From a virus (taxonomy: Duplodnaviria > Caudoviricetes), in IMG/VR virus record IMGVR_UViG_3300048024_000020, positions 1 to 25,671 of that record: a DNA stretch of 25,671 nucleotides; one strand, given 5' to 3'. A program made the position numbers and the translations under genes. The notes under the pieces were generated by a model. It did not search any database. It saw only the letters and a program-made list of their open reading frames with translations, and was not told where the DNA came from. Position 1 is the stretch's first letter. Every line of letters starts with the position of its first letter. Shown here piece by piece: positions 15,148 through 23,353 of the stretch.

Positions 15148-18100
15148 ATGTCAGCATTTGATAAAGCAATACAAGCGGCTCAACGTGGCGCACGCCAGAG
15201 TGGAGTTGAAGAAGAAAAGAAAACACCTTGGGCAGTCGATTTAGCTAAAGCTATTCCTCGTGGTCTAGAAGGTGGCATACAGGGTATATATAATTTTGCA
15301 GACTACGCCACGGGGGATATTCTTCCTGATTACGATGAAAGACTACTAGGGCGTTCCGAAACGATGGTAGGTGGTTTTGCTGAAGGTGCTGTGCAGTTCA
15401 TGACTGGTTTCATTCCCATTGCAGGACAATTAGGTAAGGCAGGACAAGTAGCACGCCTAGCGTCTGCTGGTGCTAAATCTAAGAGATTTGCTAAAATGGC
15501 TAAACGTCGTAAACGCGCGGCTGACATAGGCGCAGGTGCGGCGGCTGACTTCTTGATGTTTGACGGACAAGAAGCACGACTAAGTAACCTCATGGAAGAA
15601 TTTAACTTCCTTGATACGCCTGTGAGTGAGTATCTTGCCGCAGAAGACGACGACAACGAGGCAGAGGGACGCTTTAAAAATGCCATAGAAGGGCTGTTTA
15701 TTGAGGCAGGTATGCGCGGCTTCGGTGGTGTCTTTAGAAGTGGTATTAAAGCCATGAAGGAAGCACGCAGGGCTAAACTATCCGAAGACCCAGAGACGGC
15801 TTTACGGGCGATGTATGACACTATTTTAAAAGGCTTGGATAAGGCTAATGCTGGGTCTGGTATCTTTAGAGCAACTGACGATAAGTCTTTTGATCGTTAT
15901 GTACAGGAAACAGCAAGCCAACGCGCTCTTTCAGGTGAGGGTGGAAACCTTTCTGCTTATGACTTTACCGAGGGTTGGCTTAAAACAGAAGCAGGACAGG
16001 ACAGCGCATACCGCCCTCTACTAGAGCAGTTACTAAAAGATAATGCTGAGACCCTTAAAAATACAGGGTTCTTCGGAGCTGGTGGGAAAGACTTTGATGC
16101 TCTTGGTCGGTTCTATCAATTTGATGACGGATCAGCGGGCATAAGAGTAAGCGGAAGTAGAAAAAAATTCCTAGAAGCAAAGAAAGACTCTGAAACTACA
16201 TTTTTACACGAAACACTTCACGCGGTAACCGCCGTTAAACTAGAGGACGTATTTCAGCTTAACCAAGTTAAAGTTGCATTAGGCGAAGGGGCATCTAACA
16301 AGGATGTCTTTTTTGAACAACTAAAACGCATTGAAGAAATAGCTAAAAACAAAAATGTAGAGGAGTCCTTTAGAGGTATCGCTTCTACATACCTAAAGGC
16401 TGTAATGGGTAATACTGGGTATAAAAACGTAGCAGACGTCGACATCGACAAGCTATTTACAGATATAGCTTCTCGTGCAGGAGACAGTCGTAACCGCTAC
16501 GGGCTAACTAATTTACATGAGTTTGTCGTAGAGACGATCAGTAACCCTAAGTTCTTTAGAGAGCTAGAAGGCGGAATAAACCCCGCTCAACGTGGGATGT
16601 TAGCTCAGATGCTACACTGGATAGGACAGATGCTCGGTGTTAAAGAAAACCTTTCTGGTGACTTTGGAACTATAGTTCGTAGTAGTTTATCAGTAGCTCG
16701 TGCTCAAGAAAAAGACATATTAAGTGGTGCGTATCAAACAGGTAACTTTAATCGCGTCGATGAACTACAGCTAAATGACAAGGCTGATGACGCATCGTTT
16801 AATGCCTCACTTGATAAAGTTGATGCTAATGATGCTGTTGAGATGGGTGACACTGGTCGCGCAGACTATGAGGGTTTTGAGGACTATGATGGTTTCTTTG
16901 GTGATACTCCTAGCAAAATAGAAGAGTATGGAATGGGAATAAGCACACGACAGCTCGACCCAGACTTTGGATTAGAAGAAGTCACCCCAGCTAGTGAGGT
17001 TCTAATTAAAGACCCACTTAATGAAGATGCTCAATTTTCTGAACTAGGAAAAGTAAAAGCAATAGACCTAGAAGCTATTAATCTCGACCAACTACCAAGC
17101 CGCTTTGAACAAGAGGACATAGTAGAAGGTGCAAAGAAGATTACTGAGGAAGAAAGGGCGTTTGAGGCAAAGCGTAAAGAGCTTGCTAAAACACCAGTCA
17201 AAGTTAACACAAAGAAGCAAGACTTTACTATTTCTGTTGAGGGTGGAAAAAAGGTAACAGTTAAAGCTAACTCAGTAAGTTATCCAGAGTTTCCAGAATT
17301 TAATTTCTTTGTTCGTAAGAAGGGCGACATCTATGAACTTAGTGAATCAAAAACTGGGCGTGTATTAGGCGGTGCGGGTGCTAAAACACGAAAGCAGACC
17401 ATAGAAAACGGACGTAATCTTTTAAACAAAGTAGGTGCAAAAAAAGTTGCAGAGATAATAGCAGAGGACACACCAAAGCAAAGACCAGCCACCGTCGGAA
17501 AAAATGCCTTAGCAATAAAACTTAAAGACTTCCGTAAGGAAAAGAAATCGGCTTATGTTCGTTATCTTAAAATGGTTCGTAAAGGTGTTAAATCACCATC
17601 AAAGGTTCTTGATGCCACGTTTACCATGATGAAGACAAACGACGGAAGGACAATCACGATGGGTATGCGTCACCGCGCCGCCAGACGCCTTCTAAACGAA
17701 GATTTACGAAAAGCTAAACTAAATGACAAATTATTTACAAAGGCTGAACTAAATAGCCGAAAAGAAGCTCTAAGAAAGCTGGATACACTAAGAACAAGAT
17801 TAGAAGAAGTAGATGGACAAAAGCAACAACTTGTAAGAAGTTTTAAGTCTGGTTTTCCTCTTTATGAGAAGACTGGTCGAAAAAACTACGCACAAAGCGC
17901 TATAGACGCAGTAGAGGGTGGTGTTGATTTTCGACTTGGCGTATTTGATGAAGTAAATAGACTACGTCCCTACAAGACTAAAGACGCAGACGGAAATATA
18001 GTTACTGAAGAAATGCTCGTAAGTGGTAAAACAGATACGGGCGTTGGAAGTGCAAACGCAAGAATACGAAGAGAAGCGGGTGACACCAAACAGATTCTTA

Positions 18101-21100
18101 ATGAAGGCTCCACATCTCAGAGACAGACCGTAAGAGAGGTTTTCGATAACGCAAAGGAAACCCACCCAAGTTTAGCGAATGTGCAAGCGAAGGTAGAGGA
18201 TCAAGCCCTTCAAAAGATGAATCTCACACGGGAAGAGGTTAAAAACCTAAGCCCAGACGACAGAGCGTTACTCTTAGAAGAAGCTCGTATGCTTTCGGAA
18301 GCACGGAGAGCTAAGCACGAAGCAGTTCGAGAAAAATTAGATCTTAACGATAAGGAATACGATGAGTTCTTTGGCGAAGGAGCAACTGACAAGCTAATTG
18401 ATAAGTTTAGGAATGACCCTAGGGGTGGCGAAGAAGCACTCAGGAACATCCTTAAAAGCACAAGTAGCTCTGCTGGTGTCCTCCACGTAATGCGGACACT
18501 GGTGCGTCACTTAGGTGAAGCTAAAGAGAGCATTACTAAAGACTCGGACTTAGCCCAAACTACTCAAGACCTTGTTGACGCTCTTGGTGGAAATGCTGAA
18601 ACCTTTAATGCCCTAGCGCGTAGCTTGGGTGAGGGCACAGACGCCTTTAAACAGCTAAGAAATGAGCAAGCGGCTATCAAGATGACTATGGATGCCTTGG
18701 CGGTAGACCTACAAGCTCAAGCCGTGAAGTTTCAAAATGATGGCATGTTAAATGTCACCGATGGGCAACGTGTGGAGTTTCTTGAACAGCTGGATAGACT
18801 TTATGAAGTTAGTCGCCTTTGGGTTATGTATGGTAAAGAAGCGTCTAAGACTTTACGTCAACGTCGTCCTCTTCTCAAGGGTGTTCTTCCAGAGGTTCAC
18901 GAAGCTGTTAATCAGGGAGGAATGAACAACCGAGAGGTTGCTACCCAGATGCCCACTAACGAAGCCAGATCTCGTTATTTGGCAGGTAAAACAACGGCAA
19001 AACGATTTGACCAAATTGTCGAAGAAGTAGCCACCGCTACCAACAGCCAACACCTTGTAAACGACAAGAGTATTAACCCTGTAGTTGCCACAAAAGTAGC
19101 TAAAGGTATTCACGGTTCTAAAGGAATGTCTATGATCCTAGAGTATTGGACAAACTCACTTCTGTATGGACCAACCACACAAGCTGTTAATATCTTTGGT
19201 AATGGTCTTACCTTTGGTTTAAGAGCTATGGAGCTTACCGCTGGGTCGGTTGCTACAGGACAGTTTGAACTTGCCCGAGCCGCCTTTGGCGCGGCGTTTG
19301 CCTTTGACAACTGGAGAGAGTCTTATCGTTTAATGATGAGAACCTTTAAGGAAGGAAATATTCTTACCCAAGGAAGCGCGGCATTTAAAGATAATAAGTA
19401 TGACGTAAACAGAATTACTTCGTCTAACTTAAATGACATGACGCCTCTTAATCTTACACCGCAAGGCACACTAAGGGCGGGAATGTTTGATTTGTTTGGT
19501 AAGTATTCTAGAGTTCCATCATCGTTGTTATCTGCTGGAGACGAGTTCTTTAAACAGCTCAATTATCGTTATCATGTGAAGACGATGTTGGCGTATGAAG
19601 GAGCTGTTAAGAAAGGTTTTAAAGATTTAGAATTACGGGACTACGTAATGACTAAGTTTAAGAGCATGGAAAACGAAGGACGCGCATACAATCAAGAGAA
19701 TATGGACATCAACTTCTACAACTCTGAAATCAAACCTCGGTTAGAAGATCAGAACGAACCTGAGTTTAATGCTGTGCTCGCTAATAAAGAGTATGAAGCA
19801 TATAAAGAAGGTAAGTATGTAAATAAAGACGGACAAGCAATGACACGCGAGATAGCCGAAAAGGGCGAGTCTAGAACAGTTATGGGAGCCGCCGCGCTCA
19901 AGTTTGCAAGAGAGAATACCTTTACAGATGACTTAGATGAAAAGACTGTATTTGGTGTTATGGCTAAGCACTTGAACCAGCTAAAGATGAACCCAGCAAC
20001 TAGCTTTATTTCATTCATTGTGCCCTTTGTCCGCACCCCTACAAATATCCTAAAGTTTGCTCTTGATCGTACTCCAGTCGGTGTTGCGCCTCGTGCACTT
20101 ATTGGAGACGGCGGTCGTTTTATTGGTAAGCACCTTATGGGCATACAGACTCAGTATAAGTCAGCACTTATGTCAAAAGACCCAGCCATCAGAGCACAAA
20201 CTATGGGTCAGCTTACTACCGCTGTAGGCATGGGATCTACTCTAATGTATTACTTAGGCACTAACCAAGAGTTCTTTACTGGAGCAGGACCACAAGACGC
20301 AGACAGACGAAAGGCTCTTCAAATGGGTGGCTGGCAACCTTACTCAGTTAAAGTAGGTGACAAGTATTACAGCTACCAACGCGCCGACCCTATGTCTACC
20401 GTTCTTGGTTTATATGTAGATATGTTTGAAGCATACAAGTATCACGACGTCGACGAAGACACTATGTCCTATTTGTCTGGCGTTATGATGCTCTCATTCA
20501 TCAACAACATTGCCAACAAGTCATTCTTGCAGGGTATAGATAATATGTTGCAGGTTCTTAGTGACCCTATTGGATCAACTACTAAAGCTGGTGGAGATAT
20601 TGCCGCTGGATTTGTTCCCAACTATTTCCAACAAATTAAGAACATTGAGACTACTCGTGAGCTTAAGGAAGCCAGAACAATGTGGGATCGCATAATCAAA
20701 AGGACACCCTACAGCGACGAGCTAATGCCTAAACGTAACGCGCTTGGAGAAACGATTACAGTCGACAACCCTCCTTATGGTCTTGGTGTAATATCACCAG
20801 TCTACATACGTAACGTAAGTGATGATCCTCTCGACCAAGAGATAGCTCGTTTAAACAAGGGCTTTAGTGTCCCTAAGGCTAAGCTAATGAACGCCTTTGA
20901 TATGCGTCAATCTCGCAACGAAGAAGGTCAAACAGCCTACGACCGCTACCAGCAACTTACTAGCGAGGTAGAACTAAACGGAAGATCACTTCGCAAGGCT
21001 CTTAGTGACCTCATGAAAACTCCTTACTACAAGACCTTAGAAGAGGGAACATCAGTAGACCTAGGTAAAGGTATTCAACCGCCTCGCGTAAGAGCGATGC

Positions 21101-21210
21101 AGAAGATTATTACTAGATACCGCAGGTTTGCTAAAAGCAAGATGCTTAAAGAATTTCCAGAACTTCAAGAAGAAGTAGACGCACTTATCCAACGCAGGAG
21201 ACAACTATAA
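15148..21210 (+). CDS. Internal virion protein D (gp16 position), 2020 aa, with N-proximal zincin domain
   Basis: Synteny. AEGRFKNAIEG N-terminal motif; FLHETLHAVT...NLHEFVVE.ISNP.F zincin; C-half motifs DEFFKQLNYR, PFVRTPTNI and GWQPYS.KVGDKYYSYQR.DP, typical of large podovirus ejection proteins. Confidence 0.8.
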   Translation: MSAFDKAIQAAQRGARQSGVEEEKKTPWAVDLAKAIPRGLEGGIQGIYNFADYATGDILPDYDERLLGRSETMVGGFAEGAVQFMTGFIPIAGQLGKAGQVARLASAGAKSKRFAKMAKRRKRAADIGAGAAADFLMFDGQEARLSNLMEEFNFLDTPVSEYLAAEDDDNEAEGRFKNAIEGLFIEAGMRGFGGVFRSGIKAMKEARRAKLSEDPETALRAMYDTILKGLDKANAGSGIFRATDDKSFDRYVQETASQRALSGEGGNLSAYDFTEGWLKTEAGQDSAYRPLLEQLLKDNAETLKNTGFFGAGGKDFDALGRFYQFDDGSAGIRVSGSRKKFLEAKKDSETTFLHETLHAVTAVKLEDVFQLNQVKVALGEGASNKDVFFEQLKRIEEIAKNKNVEESFRGIASTYLKAVMGNTGYKNVADVDIDKLFTDIASRAGDSRNRYGLTNLHEFVVETISNPKFFRELEGGINPAQRGMLAQMLHWIGQMLGVKENLSGDFGTIVRSSLSVARAQEKDILSGAYQTGNFNRVDELQLNDKADDASFNASLDKVDANDAVEMGDTGRADYEGFEDYDGFFGDTPSKIEEYGMGISTRQLDPDFGLEEVTPASEVLIKDPLNEDAQFSELGKVKAIDLEAINLDQLPSRFEQEDIVEGAKKITEEERAFEAKRKELAKTPVKVNTKKQDFTISVEGGKKVTVKANSVSYPEFPEFNFFVRKKGDIYELSESKTGRVLGGAGAKTRKQTIENGRNLLNKVGAKKVAEIIAEDTPKQRPATVGKNALAIKLKDFRKEKKSAYVRYLKMVRKGVKSPSKVLDATFTMMKTNDGRTITMGMRHRAARRLLNEDLRKAKLNDKLFTKAELNSRKEALRKLDTLRTRLEEVDGQKQQLVRSFKSGFPLYEKTGRKNYAQSAIDAVEGGVDFRLGVFDEVNRLRPYKTKDADGNIVTEEMLVSGKTDTGVGSANARIRREAGDTKQILNEGSTSQRQTVREVFDNAKETHPSLANVQAKVEDQALQKMNLTREEVKNLSPDDRALLLEEARMLSEARRAKHEAVREKLDLNDKEYDEFFGEGATDKLIDKFRNDPRGGEEALRNILKSTSSSAGVLHVMRTLVRHLGEAKESITKDSDLAQTTQDLVDALGGNAETFNALARSLGEGTDAFKQLRNEQAAIKMTMDALAVDLQAQAVKFQNDGMLNVTDGQRVEFLEQLDRLYEVSRLWVMYGKEASKTLRQRRPLLKGVLPEVHEAVNQGGMNNREVATQMPTNEARSRYLAGKTTAKRFDQIVEEVATATNSQHLVNDKSINPVVATKVAKGIHGSKGMSMILEYWTNSLLYGPTTQAVNIFGNGLTFGLRAMELTAGSVATGQFELARAAFGAAFAFDNWRESYRLMMRTFKEGNILTQGSAAFKDNKYDVNRITSSNLNDMTPLNLTPQGTLRAGMFDLFGKYSRVPSSLLSAGDEFFKQLNYRYHVKTMLAYEGAVKKGFKDLELRDYVMTKFKSMENEGRAYNQENMDINFYNSEIKPRLEDQNEPEFNAVLANKEYEAYKEGKYVNKDGQAMTREIAEKGESRTVMGAAALKFARENTFTDDLDEKTVFGVMAKHLNQLKMNPATSFISFIVPFVRTPTNILKFALDRTPVGVAPRALIGDGGRFIGKHLMGIQTQYKSALMSKDPAIRAQTMGQLTTAVGMGSTLMYYLGTNQEFFTGAGPQDADRRKALQMGGWQPYSVKVGDKYYSYQRADPMSTVLGLYVDMFEAYKYHDVDEDTMSYLSGVMMLSFINNIANKSFLQGIDNMLQVLSDPIGSTTKAGGDIAAGFVPNYFQQIKNIETTRELKEARTMWDRIIKRTPYSDELMPKRNALGETITVDNPPYGLGVISPVYIRNVSDDPLDQEIARLNKGFSVPKAKLMNAFDMRQSRNEEGQTAYDRYQQLTSEVELNGRSLRKALSDLMKTPYYKTLEEGTSVDLGKGIQPPRVRAMQKIITRYRRFAKSKMLKEFPELQEEVDALIQRRRQL

Positions 21211-21230
21211 CCCCCCTAAAATAATTAAAA

Positions 21231-22571
21231 ATGCCTCAAACATATTATGAATACTCTGGCAGTGCCCTATCTGCCACCACTTACAGTGTGCCCTTCAAAT
21301 ACCTAGTCATCGACGATGTTAATGCGCTCGGTTTTAATGGGACTAGCTGGACTGCTCTAGCTCTTCACGCGGTTACTCCACGGGATGCAATCAATAACAC
21401 GATTACTTTAGCTTCTGCGCCTCTTGGTTCTTACTCTAAACTTAGACTGTATCGTTCGACGACTACGACCCAACTGATTGACTTTCAGAACGGCTCTAGG
21501 TTAACGGAGAATGATTTAGATACAGCATACCAACAGAGTCTGTTTGTAGCTCAAGAGATAGCTGAAGACTCTAGTACTTCTCAGTTTGCCGCAGTAAGAA
21601 AGGCGGGAGCCGAGGTGGGCACTAGTCTATCAAACTTTGCGAGCGAAAAGCTCGTATCGGATGCAACTAACGGGTTAATTGATGGATCAAATACTCTTTT
21701 TAATATTACAGCCTTTACCCCACAGACTACAGAAACTGAGGCGTATCGTGTAACAATTAACGGGTTACTTCAGGCTCCAGATTCTTATGCAATTAGTTTA
21801 GCTACCCCAAATCTTGTGTTTGCTACAGCACCAGCAAGCGGCGCAGAGGTTGTTGTAGTAACAACCGCAAGTGCTTCTAACGCCGCTTTTGTTGACACTT
21901 CAACGCTTGAAATTACAAGCTCTAACTCAATTAATGTTAAAGACCTAGGCGTAACTAACGCTAAATTAGCTGGAAGTATTACACAGGATAAACTAGCAGG
22001 TGGTATCACAAATGAAAAGTTAGCTGGAAGTATTACACAGGATAAACTAGCAGGTGGTATTACTAATAACCAGTTAGCTGGAAGTATCGCAACAAGCAAA
22101 CTCGCTGGAGTTATAGATGATGACACCTTTACTACAGGCGTGTCGGCAACCACGTTGGCTAGTTCTGAAAGTATCAAGGCGTATGTAGACAATATAACCG
22201 CCAAAGTCTTTAGAAGTGGTTTTGTTTCACTAGGTACTGAGGCGACTGCTTCCTCTCCCATTCTATTTACTCATGGACTAGGTGTGATACCCGACATTGT
22301 TACTTTTCAATTAAAATACGTAAGAGTCAATACTGATGGAATAAGTCCTATCACAGCGGATGGATTTACCACTGGTGATATTATAAGTCTAGGCGGTGCT
22401 AATCTAGAATCAAATCACCATGGTATGGTTCTAAAACTGACTACATCACAGGTTAAACTTAAAATAGGTGCGAGTGGTCTTTACCTTTTAGGGTTTGATG
22501 ATGGATACAATCTGGATATTAACCAGTCTTACTGGAACATTCAGTGCATTGCTAGTATATTCCAACCTTAA
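21231..22571 (+). CDS. gp17: Tail fibre / fibre adaptor, T7 gp17-like N-terminus
   Basis: Y.VPF.YL..DDV and LRLYRST...IDFQNGSRLTE.DLD.A..Q.LFVAQE (T7 fibre N-terminal anchor), followed by a beta domain, 9-aa repeats and ESIKAYVD. Confidence 0.85.
   Translation: MPQTYYEYSGSALSATTYSVPFKYLVIDDVNALGFNGTSWTALALHAVTPRDAINNTITLASAPLGSYSKLRLYRSTTTTQLIDFQNGSRLTENDLDTAYQQSLFVAQEIAEDSSTSQFAAVRKAGAEVGTSLSNFASEKLVSDATNGLIDGSNTLFNITAFTPQTTETEAYRVTINGLLQAPDSYAISLATPNLVFATAPASGAEVVVVTTASASNAAFVDTSTLEITSSNSINVKDLGVTNAKLAGSITQDKLAGGITNEKLAGSITQDKLAGGITNNQLAGSIATSKLAGVIDDDTFTTGVSATTLASSESIKAYVDNITAKVFRSGFVSLGTEATASSPILFTHGLGVIPDIVTFQLKYVRVNTDGISPITADGFTTGDIISLGGANLESNHHGMVLKLTTSQVKLKIGASGLYLLGFDDGYNLDINQSYWNIQCIASIFQP
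21951..22110 (+). repeat. Coding tandem repeat, 27-bp / 9-aa unit (IT..KLAG[S/G]), about 6 copies
   Basis: TTAGCTGGAAGTATTACACAGGATAAACTAGCAGGTGGTAT is identical at 21966-22006 and 22020-22060 (54-bp period). Confidence 0.9.
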
Positions 22572-22598
22572 CCTCTTAACCCTCTTAACCTCTTAACC
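22567..22598. repeat. Intergenic short tandem repeat (CTTAACCT)x4
   Basis: CTTAACCT CTTAACCCT CTTAACCT CTTAACC, overlapping the fibre stop codon and ending 2 nt before the next ATG. Confidence 0.85.
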
Positions 22599-22599
22599 A

Positions 22600-22764
22600 A
22601 TGATACCTGAAAGCCCTTACGTGCCTCCTTTTATAGCAACCAGTGGAATTATAGGAACTTTAACCCTAGACCACATTAACACTACGGTAGCTATATGCGT
22701 CGGACTACTAACTATGAGCTATTTAGGACTCAAAATATACAAGGAGATTTTTAATACTAAATGA
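22600..22764 (+). CDS. Small membrane protein, probable holin (T7 gp17.5 position; missing from the ORF track)
   Basis: MIPESPYVPPFIATSGIIGTLTLDHINTTVAICVGLLTMSYLGLKIYKEIFNTK*, 54 aa with a TM helix and basic tail; located between fibre and TerS. Confidence 0.65.
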   Translation: MIPESPYVPPFIATSGIIGTLTLDHINTTVAICVGLLTMSYLGLKIYKEIFNTK

Positions 22765-22910
22765 TTGAATGGATAGGAGCTTTGTGGCCTGTAGCGGTTG
22801 GCTTTGTAAGCCTTGTTATCGTGCTTGCACGTATGCACTACAACATCGAAAGCCTCGGTGAAAAAGTAAAAATACTATTTGATTTTCATAACAATAGAGA
22901 CGACAAATGA
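22761..22910 (+). CDS. Small single-pass membrane protein (missing from the ORF track)
   Basis: MIEWIGALWPVAVGFVSLVIVLARMHYNIESLGEKVKILFDFHNNRDDK*, 49 aa; ATGA overlaps at both ends. Confidence 0.7.
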   Translation: MIEWIGALWPVAVGFVSLVIVLARMHYNIESLGEKVKILFDFHNNRDDK

Positions 22911-23137
22911 GCGAACCAGCAGAAAGACTACATAACTTACAGGACATTTTAATTGATGAAATGATCCGAAGGATTAAAACAGGGGAAGCCACAGCGGCTG
23001 ACCTAAGTGCCGCTAGGCAGATGCTTAAGGACAACGGAATACAAGCAGTAACAACCGATGAATCCCCAATGCTAGAGCTGGTTAACAGCCTACCGTTTGA
23101 CGATGACTCAGAACCCATTAAAGTAAATGAATCGTAA
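22907..23137 (+). CDS. gp18: Terminase small subunit, T7 gp18-like
   Basis: L...LIDEM.RRIKTGEATAADLSAARQMLKDNGI...L...LPF; lies upstream of TerL. Confidence 0.85.
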   Translation: MSEPAERLHNLQDILIDEMIRRIKTGEATAADLSAARQMLKDNGIQAVTTDESPMLELVNSLPFDDDSEPIKVNES

Positions 23138-23351
23138 TTATCGAAAAGAATATGACTCTTATCACAGCAGTGAGACGCAGAAAAAACGCAGAGCAGGACG
23201 AAACAAAGCTAGGCGTTTACTTGTGCGTGAAAAGGGTTCATCAGCTATGAAGGGCAAGGACGTTGATCACGTAGATCGCAACCCAGCAAACAATGCTAGG
23301 TCTAACCTTCGCATCTCTTCCAAAAAGAGAAACAGATCTCGAAATAAGTAA
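23127..23351 (+). CDS. Small HNH-motif protein
   Basis: RNYRKEY...QKKRRA.RN.ARR and GKDVDH.D.NP.NN.RSNLR..S...NR; lies between TerS and TerL. Confidence 0.8.
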   Translation: MNRNYRKEYDSYHSSETQKKRRAGRNKARRLLVREKGSSAMKGKDVDHVDRNPANNARSNLRISSKKRNRSRNK

Positions 23352-23353
23352 GA

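Noticed and set aside
16860-16910. DYDG in gp16 as a virion RNA polymerase catalytic motif
   Set aside because: It does not match DxDxD/DFDGD, lies in a low-complexity acidic linker, and has no other polymerase motifs around it.
21951-22598. CRISPR-like array
   Set aside because: The repeats are directly tandem coding or microsatellite units without unique spacers.
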